From the IMG/VR virus record IMGVR_UViG_3300037189_030782: a DNA stretch of 64,000 nucleotides, one strand, 5' to 3'. Within the stretch, counting starts at the first letter, position 1. Each line of letters begins with the position of its first letter. The stretch comes from a virus. Taxonomy: Duplodnaviria; Caudoviricetes. Below the pieces are notes generated by a model. The model did no database searches and had not been told where the DNA came from. It worked only from the letters and a program-made list of their open reading frames with translations. A program made the translations under genes and the position numbers. Positions 36,508 through 45,403 of the stretch are shown in pieces.

Positions 36508-37261
36508 GCCTAACGTGTTCGAGGAATGTATACTTAATTCATATTATACATTGCCGGATGAGGACGTAAGGATATTTCCTATTTTTAATGATAATAACGT
36601 TTATTCTGCCAGTGCTGCGTTTAATATCGTCTGCGAAGTGAGCAAGAGTGATGTGATTGTCTTTGCACATCAAGATATTGTTTTTACTAGTGACTTAGTA
36701 CAGAAGATTAAAGAAACGATATCTAAGCTGGGTAAAAACTGGGCTGTTATTGGCGTGGCTGGTAGAAAGGCCCAGATAAAGGGAAAGATCTCAAATGTAA
36801 GCAAAGGCAATAATAATCTGTGTGGTATAGTTATGGATGAAACTGGTATTGCGTGGCCTGGCGCTAGTGGAATACATCGTGTAGACGTAGTAGATGAATG
36901 TTTTTTCATCATTAATAGGAAGTTGAATTTTACGTTCGATTATTCTTTTAATCGATTTCATTTTTATGGTGCAGATTTGTGTTTGCAAGCAAGAGCTGCA
37001 CAATTTGATGTCGTAGTTGCAGAAATGCCAATCAAGCATATAGGTAAGTACAGTCACTCTATGACTGACAAAACGTATTTTCGGCATTTGAGGCTGTTAA
37101 ATGACAAGTGGTTCGGTTTATTTCCAGAGGTGAATGGGACTCATTTTTCTTGGAGGGATCGCAAGATAAGCAGCCACATTCCTTATATGATAGAATCGAA
37201 GAATCATCATAACATTCAAGTGTTGAACAGTAGGTGTGAATATACGGAGAAAAGATGGTAG
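36476..37261 (+). CDS. GT-A glycosyltransferase (Glyco_tranf_2_5-like)
   Basis: VIVFAHQDIV, IGVAG, VDVVDECFFI, FHFYGADLCLQA. Confidence 0.8.
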   Translation: MKITIACLYNKPNVFEECILNSYYTLPDEDVRIFPIFNDNNVYSASAAFNIVCEVSKSDVIVFAHQDIVFTSDLVQKIKETISKLGKNWAVIGVAGRKAQIKGKISNVSKGNNNLCGIVMDETGIAWPGASGIHRVDVVDECFFIINRKLNFTFDYSFNRFHFYGADLCLQARAAQFDVVVAEMPIKHIGKYSHSMTDKTYFRHLRLLNDKWFGLFPEVNGTHFSWRDRKISSHIPYMIESKNHHNIQVLNSRCEYTEKRW

Positions 37262-38079
37262 ACGTAATATTATTGCATCATCCGCAGAGTCCTGACCTGC
37301 TTGGCAACCAGATCGAAAATGACGAAGACGTCACAGTGCATAGAATAGCATGTGGCACGTCGAAGGTAGTGGCTGGAGCGTATAGCGAATCAGGTGATTT
37401 TAACCCAAATTTTGCTAGTTTGAATTCATGTCTATTCGAGAGTAGTGTGATCTTAACTGCTTGGGAGCATATTGACGAGTTGGCTAAGTCTGACGTAGTG
37501 GCTATACTGCACACGGATGTCGATAAAAATTATGCTGGTGTTGATTTATGGCGCAAGATAGCTGCGTTCACGAAGACGCATAATGTAGGGCTAACTATGT
37601 CGCCAGATCATCTATTTAAATTTAAGGATCATGTGTTAGTGGATAATGCACGATTAAGATTTAAAAATGATCCTTATCGCGTGCATAGCTTTGATCACGG
37701 TATAGATGTGTGGGGTATCGTGCAGAAGGTAGACAAAGAACTGTACGAATGGGCGTCTAATGAAAATCCAGTTATGATTTATAGCCATCAGTTCGCTTGT
37801 TCTAAGCGTGTGTTTAAGAAGCTTGGAGTAAATTTGTATAAGGCACTAAGTAGGATTAATTTGGCGGACGTAGGTTTATGGATACCGCATATTTTCGAAA
37901 GGTTAATCGCACTTAATTTAGCTAAGCTTGGTTACGTTAAGATCACTGACTATTTTAGACATTATGGGAGCTCGGGTATCAAAGGGCAAGCGGATTTGAA
38001 GCTTTATGGACCTAGAGAGTATAAATTTTTTAGATTGAGAGATGTGCAAAAGCTAAGATCGCAAGCTGAGCGTCTTTAA
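37255..38079 (+). CDS. Hypothetical protein, possibly glycosyltransferase-like
   Basis: LHTDVD DxD-like motif and HIFERL; inside the glycosylation cluster. Confidence 0.45.
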   Translation: MVDVILLHHPQSPDLLGNQIENDEDVTVHRIACGTSKVVAGAYSESGDFNPNFASLNSCLFESSVILTAWEHIDELAKSDVVAILHTDVDKNYAGVDLWRKIAAFTKTHNVGLTMSPDHLFKFKDHVLVDNARLRFKNDPYRVHSFDHGIDVWGIVQKVDKELYEWASNENPVMIYSHQFACSKRVFKKLGVNLYKALSRINLADVGLWIPHIFERLIALNLAKLGYVKITDYFRHYGSSGIKGQADLKLYGPREYKFFRLRDVQKLRSQAERL

Positions 38080-38263
38080 GCCAGTCGAATTCAGGCTCTT
38101 TTTTAAACTGTCCTTCAATATATCCACTTAAGCTGTCGAAATGGATATTGTAGTGTATCGGTTTCTCGTCGACAAATGATCTGAGTTCTAACGATAATTT
38201 CATAGGAAATGCGTGAGGTAGTGTTTTAATCAATGACCTTGTTATGCGTTTTTTGATTCTCAT
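38030..38263 (-). CDS. Hypothetical protein
   Basis: 77-aa ORF filling the gap, divergent from gmd. Confidence 0.4.
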   Translation of the reverse strand: MRIKKRITRSLIKTLPHAFPMKLSLELRSFVDEKPIHYNIHFDSLSGYIEGQFKKEPEFDWLKDAQLAILAFAHLSI

Positions 38264-38304
38264 TGCGTGATCCTTGGTAATTAATATATACTGTAGAGAA
38301 CAGC

Positions 38305-39264
38305 ATGATGAAAAGAGCTTTGATTACTGGTATCACTGGAATGGCGGGATCATATTTAGCTCGGCACTTGCTTAGTCTTGGTTATGAAGTGCATGGCGTG
38401 GTTCGTAGGATATCTACACCTAACTTGTCTAGAATAGTAGACATTTTAGACCAATTGCATCTACATGATGGTGATCTTACGGATCTATCATCGCTATTAA
38501 GAATTGTTATGGCGCGGTCTTATCAAGAGGTTTATAATTTAGCTGCGCAAAGTTTTGTGGGCACCAGCTGGGATCAGCCTTGGCTAACCGCTCAGGTCAC
38601 AGCTATTGGTGCTCTTAATCTCTTAGAAGCGTTGAGATTGACTAAATCTGATGCTCGCATATATCAAGCATCGAGTAGTGAGATGTTCGGCAAGGTCCAG
38701 GAAATACCTCAGAAGGAATCTACTCCATTTTATCCACGTAGCCCTTATGGAGTCGCTAAAGTATTCGCTCACCAGATGGCCATCAATTACCGTGAAAGTT
38801 ATGGCATGTTTTGTAGCACAGGGATCTGCTTTAACCATGAGGGTCCTGGTCGAGGTTTGGAGTTTGTCACTAGGAAGATATCCAACACGGTGGCCAAGAT
38901 TAAAAAAGGAAAAGCTACGGAACTGAGATTAGGTAACCTCGACGCCAAAAGAGACTGGGGATTTGTTGGCGATTATGTCAAGGCTATGCATCTTATATTG
39001 CAGCACGATACACCTTTGGATGTGGTGATCGCTACGGGAGAGACGCATTGCGTAATGGAATTCGTTCAATTAGCATTCGAAAGAGCGGGTTTAGATTATC
39101 GTCAATATCTAGTAGTTGATCCTCATTTTTACAGGCCTGCTGAGGTCGATCTTTTGTTAGGAGATCCTACGTTGGCTAGTGATGTATTGGGTTGGACGCC
39201 GTCAGTTACTTTCAATGAATTAGTAAATATGATGGTTGATGATGATTTACAATTAGAAGCATAG
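38305..39264 (+). CDS. gmd: GDP-mannose 4,6-dehydratase
   Basis: ALITGITG..GSYLA, YNLAAQSFV, YQASSSEMFG, PFYPRSPYGVAK, FNHE.P.RG.EFVTRKI, GNLDAKRDWG, RPAEVDLLLGD. Confidence 0.95.
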   Translation: MMKRALITGITGMAGSYLARHLLSLGYEVHGVVRRISTPNLSRIVDILDQLHLHDGDLTDLSSLLRIVMARSYQEVYNLAAQSFVGTSWDQPWLTAQVTAIGALNLLEALRLTKSDARIYQASSSEMFGKVQEIPQKESTPFYPRSPYGVAKVFAHQMAINYRESYGMFCSTGICFNHEGPGRGLEFVTRKISNTVAKIKKGKATELRLGNLDAKRDWGFVGDYVKAMHLILQHDTPLDVVIATGETHCVMEFVQLAFERAGLDYRQYLVVDPHFYRPAEVDLLLGDPTLASDVLGWTPSVTFNELVNMMVDDDLQLEA

Positions 39265-39272
39265 GAGATTCA

Positions 39273-39530
39273 ATGCTTACTTCTTTGATTATGTTGGTGG
39301 CTGCTCAGGCTCCGGAACTTAAAGGACAAGCTCCAAAGGCCCAAGCGCCTAAAGTGGAAGTAAAAAAGGCTCAAGCGCCCAAAGCTCAAGCGCCAAAGGC
39401 CCAGGCCCCCAAAGCCCAAGCACCGACCAAAGGTCAGGCTGCTACCGCTCCTGTAACTGCTGGGATTAGGGAGCGTTTGAAAGAGCGCGCTGAAAAATTG
39501 CGAGATCGTGTAGCTAATCTTCGTGGTTAA
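39273..39530 (+). CDS. Small exported protein with KAQAP pentapeptide repeats
   Basis: Hydrophobic MLTSLIMLVAAQA leader; about 6 K(A/G)QAP units; GGAG SD. Confidence 0.7.
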   Translation: MLTSLIMLVAAQAPELKGQAPKAQAPKVEVKKAQAPKAQAPKAQAPKAQAPTKGQAATAPVTAGIRERLKERAEKLRDRVANLRG

Positions 39531-39542
39531 TCTTATTTAAAT

Positions 39543-39572
39543 AATGGCACCGCTTCTGGCGGTGTCATTTTT
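39543..39572 (+). terminator. Rho-independent terminator
   Basis: ATGGCACCGC-TTCTG-GCGGTGTCAT stem followed by a T run. Confidence 0.75.
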
Positions 39573-39587
39573 GTATTCGGAATCAAT

Positions 39588-39854
39588 ATGTTCGCCAAAT
39601 TCGACCTTGTACTCCTTAAAACGACGAAGAACGTTAAATACATCAGCGTTGATCCAGCTGAAATAAGCCCAAAGGGCTACTGGACAGTAAGTAATATCGT
39701 TGAAGATGACTTGCTAATAACAAAGGGTATGGCTGTGGTAAGGATACCGCAGGCTGATGTATTGAAGGCTGTAGACATTAATCAGTCGATGCATAAGATC
39801 CACGGGCTACTTGGGAGGTTATCAGAATATGGCGAAGGCAGAGAAGACAGCTAA
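39588..39854 (+). CDS. Hypothetical protein
   Basis: 88 aa, upstream of recA. Confidence 0.6.
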   Translation: MFAKFDLVLLKTTKNVKYISVDPAEISPKGYWTVSNIVEDDLLITKGMAVVRIPQADVLKAVDINQSMHKIHGLLGRLSEYGEGREDS

Positions 39855-40941
39855 ACCTAAAAACCTAGATGAGCTGTTTGCGAGAATCGATAAATCTATC
39901 GGAAGTGGGTCGATCAAAAGAGGCAAGAATGCTATCAGTCCGGTGCAGGTTTTCAGCTCTGGGGTAGCTAGCATTGATTTTGCAATTGGCTGCGGTGGCA
40001 TTCCGATCGGTAGGATTATTGAGATCTGGGGTCCAGAGAGCAGTGGTAAAACTACGACCTGCCTGCAATTGGCTAAAGCATGCCAAAAGCATTATTTTGC
40101 TACCAAGAAAGCCTATGGATCTGTGGTTTACATAGACGTCGAACATTCTTTAGATCGCTCGTGGGCTATCAAGATTGGCGTTGATGTCGATGTTATGGCG
40201 ATTAGTCAGCCAGATTCAGGTGAAGATGCATTTAGCATAATAGATCAATGTATAGATTCAGGTTTAGTCGATTTGATTATAGTCGACTCGGTTGCAGCGC
40301 TGGTGCCTCAGAAGGTGTTAGATGGAGATATAGGTGATCAACAGATGGCAGCATTAGCGCAATTGATGAGCAAGGGTCTCAGCAAGATAAAGGGGAAATG
40401 TAATAACACAGGTACAACGATTATCTTCGTGAATCAGATCCGTGAGAAAGTGGGCCAAATGTTTGGCAATCCCGAGACAACGCCAGGCGGCAAAGCGCTC
40501 AAGTTCTATGCATCAGTGAGGGCTGAAGTAAAGCGAAAGGAAGCTGTCAAAGTAGGACAAGAAATAGTAGGCAATGTTGCACATCTTACTATGCGTAAAA
40601 ACAAAGTGGCGCCACCATTTGAAGTAGCTGAGTATGATATTTGTTTCGGTCGGAAGGAACGACCAGTTCACGGTATCGATTGGGTCACTAGTTTAGTGCG
40701 AACTGCAGAAAAGAAGGGCGTATTGATCACTAAAGGCTCGCATTATAAGTTCGATAATCAGACTATAGGCAATGGCGAGGCTGCAGTGGTTAAAGCATTC
40801 AGAGATGATGATAAGCTAATAGAACGTGTTAGAGCTAAGTTGTATGAATTGATCGTCGATGGAGGCATAGAGCCAACTGAAGATACAGAGGAAGATCGAT
40901 TGGAAGACGGGGGTTTTGTCGATGAGCAATCCGCTGTATGA
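39829..40941 (+). CDS. recA: RecA recombinase
   Basis: GRIIEIWGPESSGKTT, YIDVEH, SQPDSGE, VDSVAALVP, IFVNQIREKVG.MFGNPETTPGGKALKFYASVR. Confidence 0.95.
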   Translation: MAKAEKTAKPKNLDELFARIDKSIGSGSIKRGKNAISPVQVFSSGVASIDFAIGCGGIPIGRIIEIWGPESSGKTTTCLQLAKACQKHYFATKKAYGSVVYIDVEHSLDRSWAIKIGVDVDVMAISQPDSGEDAFSIIDQCIDSGLVDLIIVDSVAALVPQKVLDGDIGDQQMAALAQLMSKGLSKIKGKCNNTGTTIIFVNQIREKVGQMFGNPETTPGGKALKFYASVRAEVKRKEAVKVGQEIVGNVAHLTMRKNKVAPPFEVAEYDICFGRKERPVHGIDWVTSLVRTAEKKGVLITKGSHYKFDNQTIGNGEAAVVKAFRDDDKLIERVRAKLYELIVDGGIEPTEDTEEDRLEDGGFVDEQSAV

Positions 40942-41245
40942 AGTCGGCCAGACAGTATACCACAGGTCTAGTGCTACTTCTGGTTTCCTAGATCCTATCA
41001 TTATCAGTGGAGTGCGATCTTCTGGTATCAATTGGATCTATAAGATCAATAGCACTCGCACAGCCAGTCAATCATTGGGGACTTATTCGGACAAAAACAG
41101 CTTAATTACTGGCGACGTGTTATGGTTTAGAGAGGATGAATTCATATTATATTGCGAAGCGTTGACACTGGCCAAGCAATTTCTGCAGAAGCAGCTATTA
41201 AGCATCGACCATGCGCTGGCGGCGCAGTGTGGAGAGACATTCTAA
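40916..41245 (+). CDS. Hypothetical protein
   Basis: 109 aa between recA and the helicase. Confidence 0.6.
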   Translation: MSMSNPLYEVGQTVYHRSSATSGFLDPIIISGVRSSGINWIYKINSTRTASQSLGTYSDKNSLITGDVLWFREDEFILYCEALTLAKQFLQKQLLSIDHALAAQCGETF

Positions 41246-42583
41246 ATGGAAGACAGTATTCAGGAAATTCTGGACGACAAGACGGAGATTAATCCTGAAT
41301 TTACTCAGTATTACGAAGAAGGCATCATCAGTCTTAGTCTTGATTATCCAGAATTTTTCGGCACTATTGCAAGATTTCTTAAGCCTGATATGTTTGCCCG
41401 CAGCGAATGTCAGATAGTGGTAGCGCTAATACTGAATTACTATGAAAAATATAATACTGTGCCGACGAGGAGGTTAGTGCGTGAGTTAGCGTATGAGCAG
41501 GTGTCTGTTGATGACAACTTTGAGCCTATCTTAGCGCTTATAGAGCGGGAATCTGACCACCGAGAAATCCCTTTTCTTAAAGAAAAAATGCTGTCGTGGG
41601 CCAGGAAGAAAGCCTTTTCCATGATCTACAGCCCTGAAGCGATCCAGTGCTTTGAAGATGGAGACTATGATGCATTGGAAAAGATAGTAGACGAAGCGCA
41701 TAAGATAACTGATGTGGGCGAAGGTGGGATGTTTTTGTTAGAGAACGTGGACCTATTATTCGAGGAATCTGCCAACCTTCATGTTACAACTGGTTTCAAG
41801 CAGTTAGATAAGTGCTTGAATGATGGTGGTCCATCGCCAAAAGAAGTAGTCTGCTATTTGGCGCCCACGAATGTAGGCAAAAGTATCGTGCTGTGCCAGA
41901 CGGCCATTCATAGCCTTGAGGCTGCTTCTGTGGACGGCACTATTGGCCAGAATGTTTTATTCGTTTCCTTTGAGCTAGATATTAAAAAGACTGCAGCACG
42001 TATGCTTTCGTCAATGTCACAAGTACCAATTAGTCAAATCAAGAATCATAAAGAACGTTGTGTCAATAAAGTTGATACAGTGAAGAATTACTTTAAGAAG
42101 GACGTGGCTATATTTGAATATGCTCCGGATGAGCATAGTGTAGACACCATCTATACCTTAATAGATAATCTTAAGAGGACTAAAAGCTTTAAGCCCGATA
42201 TTGTCATTTTAGATTATATGGATCTCATGGTCAGTCGTCACAAGGCCTATAATAAAGATGATTATGTGCGTCAAAAGCATGTGGCTACTGAAATTCGTGC
42301 TTTAGCTAAGAACACTAATACTGTGGTTTTTACAGCTACTCAGACAAATCGGGCAGGTGCGACGGATAGCGCTGAGAATATTGACATGACAAAGGCGGCA
42401 GATAGCTTTGCTAAACAATTTGCGCTTGACTACGTAATTAGTTTGAACCAATCTTATCAGGATCGAGTAGCTACTCCACCGCGACTTAGGATGTTCATTG
42501 CCAAAAATCGGAACGGTGAGCGTAACAAAACGATTGATTGTGAGATTTTGTACGACCTAATGAGAGTGAAGGAATCTTTATGA
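41246..42583 (+). CDS. DnaB/T4 gp41-like replicative helicase
   Basis: TTGFKQLD, APTNVGKS, SFEL, ILDYMDLM, TATQTNR, IAKNRNG. Confidence 0.9.
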   Translation: MEDSIQEILDDKTEINPEFTQYYEEGIISLSLDYPEFFGTIARFLKPDMFARSECQIVVALILNYYEKYNTVPTRRLVRELAYEQVSVDDNFEPILALIERESDHREIPFLKEKMLSWARKKAFSMIYSPEAIQCFEDGDYDALEKIVDEAHKITDVGEGGMFLLENVDLLFEESANLHVTTGFKQLDKCLNDGGPSPKEVVCYLAPTNVGKSIVLCQTAIHSLEAASVDGTIGQNVLFVSFELDIKKTAARMLSSMSQVPISQIKNHKERCVNKVDTVKNYFKKDVAIFEYAPDEHSVDTIYTLIDNLKRTKSFKPDIVILDYMDLMVSRHKAYNKDDYVRQKHVATEIRALAKNTNTVVFTATQTNRAGATDSAENIDMTKAADSFAKQFALDYVISLNQSYQDRVATPPRLRMFIAKNRNGERNKTIDCEILYDLMRVKESL

Positions 42584-42765
42584 AAATGAAAGTTTTAATC
42601 GAACTTGATGTGAGTAGGACGTTGGCGGATACAATAGAAAGAACTGGTTTTACGCTTAGTGCTGATGGCAGTAAGTTTAAAGTGCAAGTTCCGAATGCTC
42701 CAGCTATCACTCAACGTAAGGTGAAAGTGTCATTTGATCGAGTCCAGCCAGAGGAGACTAAGTAG
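42580..42765 (+). CDS. Hypothetical protein
   Basis: 61 aa, ATGA overlap. Confidence 0.55.
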   Translation: MKMKVLIELDVSRTLADTIERTGFTLSADGSKFKVQVPNAPAITQRKVKVSFDRVQPEETK

Positions 42766-43184
42766 TGTCTATTCCAAAATCGCTTAAATTACAGAGTGAA
42801 GAAGTAGCGTCTGCGCCGGAGCAGATCGATAGCAATGGGCCGCTTAAAAATTTCTCTACTTGCGACACTAAGCCAGTGAAGTGCTGTAGCCCAGATGACA
42901 GAGCCGAGAAAGTATCGAATTTGCTTAAATGGAAGCCGTTAAACGGTTTGGTCATAGTTAAGTGTGAACCGGTAGAAGAATCTATCATCATCACCAATGT
43001 TAACAATGCACCTGCTTTTAAACTCGAAGGCGTAGTGTTGAGTATAGCTAGTGATGTGTTGAATGTAGAGCCAGGTGAATATGTTAAATTTGGCAAGTCT
43101 GGAATAGTGTCAGACTCTGTAGATCCGACAGATTCGTCAGTCATTTTGCTTAATCATAAAAGCATCTTGTGCAGCAGGGTATAA
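42765..43184 (+). CDS. GroES/Cpn10-like co-chaperonin with an N-terminal extension
   Basis: WKPLNGLVIVK...EGVVLSI...VEPGEYVKF...VILLNHKSIL. Confidence 0.65.
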   Translation: MSIPKSLKLQSEEVASAPEQIDSNGPLKNFSTCDTKPVKCCSPDDRAEKVSNLLKWKPLNGLVIVKCEPVEESIIITNVNNAPAFKLEGVVLSIASDVLNVEPGEYVKFGKSGIVSDSVDPTDSSVILLNHKSILCSRV

Positions 43185-43573
43185 TGAATTACATATACAT
43201 ATGCCTGGATTGTGAGCAGAAGGCGATCCAGGCAGGGATTGGCGAAAAATCAGAATCATATCCAGAATTAGTGTTGTATGAGACGAGTCATCCGATGGTG
43301 CCGTCAGATCAAGAATTGCTTGATGCGGTTGTGTGTCCACGCTGTGGTTCGACCAAAGGTGAAAAATCTTTCCACGACTACAATATACAGTGCTATATCC
43401 GAGGCAACGGCTTCTTAGATAGAGCTGGAACTAGGAGAGATATGGACATTCACACAATCACCAAGAACGACCCATTTGCTGAGCATCGCGTGTCAGGGGA
43501 AGTAGACCAAGTGGTGTCTGATATGCGTAAAGCTGATAAGCATAATCCTAAACCAATTCATTTCGTAGTTTAG
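43184..43573 (+). CDS. FmdB-like Zn-ribbon protein
   Basis: MNYIYICLDC...CPRCGS. Confidence 0.7.
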   Translation: MNYIYICLDCEQKAIQAGIGEKSESYPELVLYETSHPMVPSDQELLDAVVCPRCGSTKGEKSFHDYNIQCYIRGNGFLDRAGTRRDMDIHTITKNDPFAEHRVSGEVDQVVSDMRKADKHNPKPIHFVV

Positions 43574-43588
43574 TGTATTGATGGCGGC

Positions 43589-44758
43589 ATGGAATCTATT
43601 TTCGTTCATGCCGCCTACAATCGCAGTGGTAGGCCTGAGTTCGTAGAGATCAGCACCAAAGCTGTGATCAAAAGGATAGGTCTTTTCTTAGCAGGATCCA
43701 AAGCGAAATTAAAAGAAGTATTTGACAAGATCGATAAGTTAAAGGGTTTTATCGATTCAGCTTTAGCTAAAAACATCCGGGTCGGTTATGATGATGTAAG
43801 GACGGCTAGGCTGTTCCAGATTTCCAATGTACAAATGTGTTATTACTTCGAAGGTGGCTGTAAGCCTGATGGTGACGCTGATTTTAACAGATACAGGCAT
43901 TTAATGGCTAGGTGTATCAATGCCTATGAGACCATAAATCAACGTGGTATATTTATTAATCATAAGCGTATGTCGCCGGTTTTTTCTTTAGAGACTTTTA
44001 CGAGCCGCACTAAATGCTCTGTGTTCGACCTTCAGAATTATCCGCATCACGATTGTGTATCACATGATAGGAATGACGAATCATCTGTCTATTTGCAGTT
44101 AGACTGGATTTCAGCTGATGTGCGCATGGCTGGATTACTGTCCGGAGACGAAGGGCTTATAAATTGCTTTTCGGATTCTGACCCATACCAGTATATGGCA
44201 GATAGAGCTAATGAATTCGATGAAGTGTTAACCAGAGAACAATGTAAAATTAGGCTTTTAAAATCTATCAATAGTTTAAACGGGCATGACGTAATTGTGA
44301 AGTCATGCTTTCCTGGGTTATCAAACTGGATTTTGGATGTGAGTCACAGATTGATGTTACCCGACAGTGTGTTTTACACGATTTTAGGTCGGGCTTATAA
44401 GCAGATAGCTGATCGATCCAAGAACGCTATTATGAATGCAATGCTGCAGGGTAGTGTAGCTCATGGCATGCACAATGTAATAGCGAAGGTACAGCATGAT
44501 TTCCCGACTTATTTCATCTGTGACATGCATGATTCTGTCGTGTTAAGTGTTCCTAATCATGTAGGGGTGTTGAATGAAGTGATAGATAAAGTGGCAAGAA
44601 TAATGGTAAACCCGTTTAATGGTATTTTACCAGATGATCCATCATTTCCTGTCAGAGTCAATGTGGGCAAGAAGTGGAAAAAATGGAAGCCGTATAAGAT
44701 CATAAGGGGATATGCAGATGATTTCGCGCAGGATCCAGATGAAGCGCCAGAAGCGTAA
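43589..44758 (+). CDS. Short family-A DNA polymerase (polymerase domain only, atypical motif B)
   Basis: Motif A QLDWISADVR, motif B REQCKIRLLKSINS, NAMLQGSVAH, motif C DMHDSVV. Confidence 0.75.
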   Translation: MESIFVHAAYNRSGRPEFVEISTKAVIKRIGLFLAGSKAKLKEVFDKIDKLKGFIDSALAKNIRVGYDDVRTARLFQISNVQMCYYFEGGCKPDGDADFNRYRHLMARCINAYETINQRGIFINHKRMSPVFSLETFTSRTKCSVFDLQNYPHHDCVSHDRNDESSVYLQLDWISADVRMAGLLSGDEGLINCFSDSDPYQYMADRANEFDEVLTREQCKIRLLKSINSLNGHDVIVKSCFPGLSNWILDVSHRLMLPDSVFYTILGRAYKQIADRSKNAIMNAMLQGSVAHGMHNVIAKVQHDFPTYFICDMHDSVVLSVPNHVGVLNEVIDKVARIMVNPFNGILPDDPSFPVRVNVGKKWKKWKPYKIIRGYADDFAQDPDEAPEA

Positions 44759-44885
44759 ACTGTTGCAGAAGGCGAGGAAGGCGTCCGGAGTCAGTAAGAA
44801 GACTTTTGGATCCAATAAGCCTATTCCAGCCTCAGACTTTAATCGAGTGGCTTTTAAGGCCAAAGAAGACGCAGGAGAGGAATAA
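44712..44885 (+). CDS. Small basic protein (57 aa; absent from the ORF track)
   Basis: MQMISRRIQMKRQKRKLLQKARKASG...; TAATG overlap with the next gene. Confidence 0.5.
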   Translation: MQMISRRIQMKRQKRKLLQKARKASGVSKKTFGSNKPIPASDFNRVAFKAKEDAGEE

Positions 44886-45394
44886 TGGCAGACGGACAAG
44901 CGGAATGGTTCATTGACAATGTGCCTCCAGAGATTCTCGAAAGCACATTGTGTAGATTTAAGATAGGCTTCGTAGACGACAATAGCAAAGCTAAGCATTT
45001 GCATTCGGTCGACATTCCGACTTTCGTAGAGATTGATGTTGATAATATTGAACGACACTTGCGTGACACGCCAGCTCAGTATGCGTTCATATCGGAAGTT
45101 TATGCAGAAGCCAAAAAGCAATTATCTGTCATCGAACGTAGTATTAAACTACGTAGGAGCCAGATTTTTAAAGAATGTTACGAGAAGGGAGGTTCAGAAA
45201 AGGTAAGATTAACTGTGGAGCAGATAAAAGCGATCGTCGAATTAGACGAGGAAGTCACTCGGCTTGAAGATTTAGGCTTCAATGCTGATTCACGGGTAAG
45301 CAAGCTATTCGGCTTGTTAAAATCTGTGGAATTAAAAAACAATAACATTGCCCAATTAGCTAAGATGAAAGTCCAAGAGCGCTTCAACACTTAA
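44885..45394 (+). CDS. UvsY-like recombination mediator (helical)
   Basis: LEIDxxxI...PAQYAF..EV...RLTVEQIKAIVELD coiled coil; lies before the SSB. Confidence 0.5.
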   Translation: MADGQAEWFIDNVPPEILESTLCRFKIGFVDDNSKAKHLHSVDIPTFVEIDVDNIERHLRDTPAQYAFISEVYAEAKKQLSVIERSIKLRRSQIFKECYEKGGSEKVRLTVEQIKAIVELDEEVTRLEDLGFNADSRVSKLFGLLKSVELKNNNIAQLAKMKVQERFNT

Positions 45395-45403
45395 AAGGAG
45401 ACT

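Noticed and set aside
39829-44758. Inteins or introns in RecA, the helicase or PolA
   Set aside because: Lengths are normal or short; no C/S...HN splice motifs or LAGLIDADG/HNH ORFs
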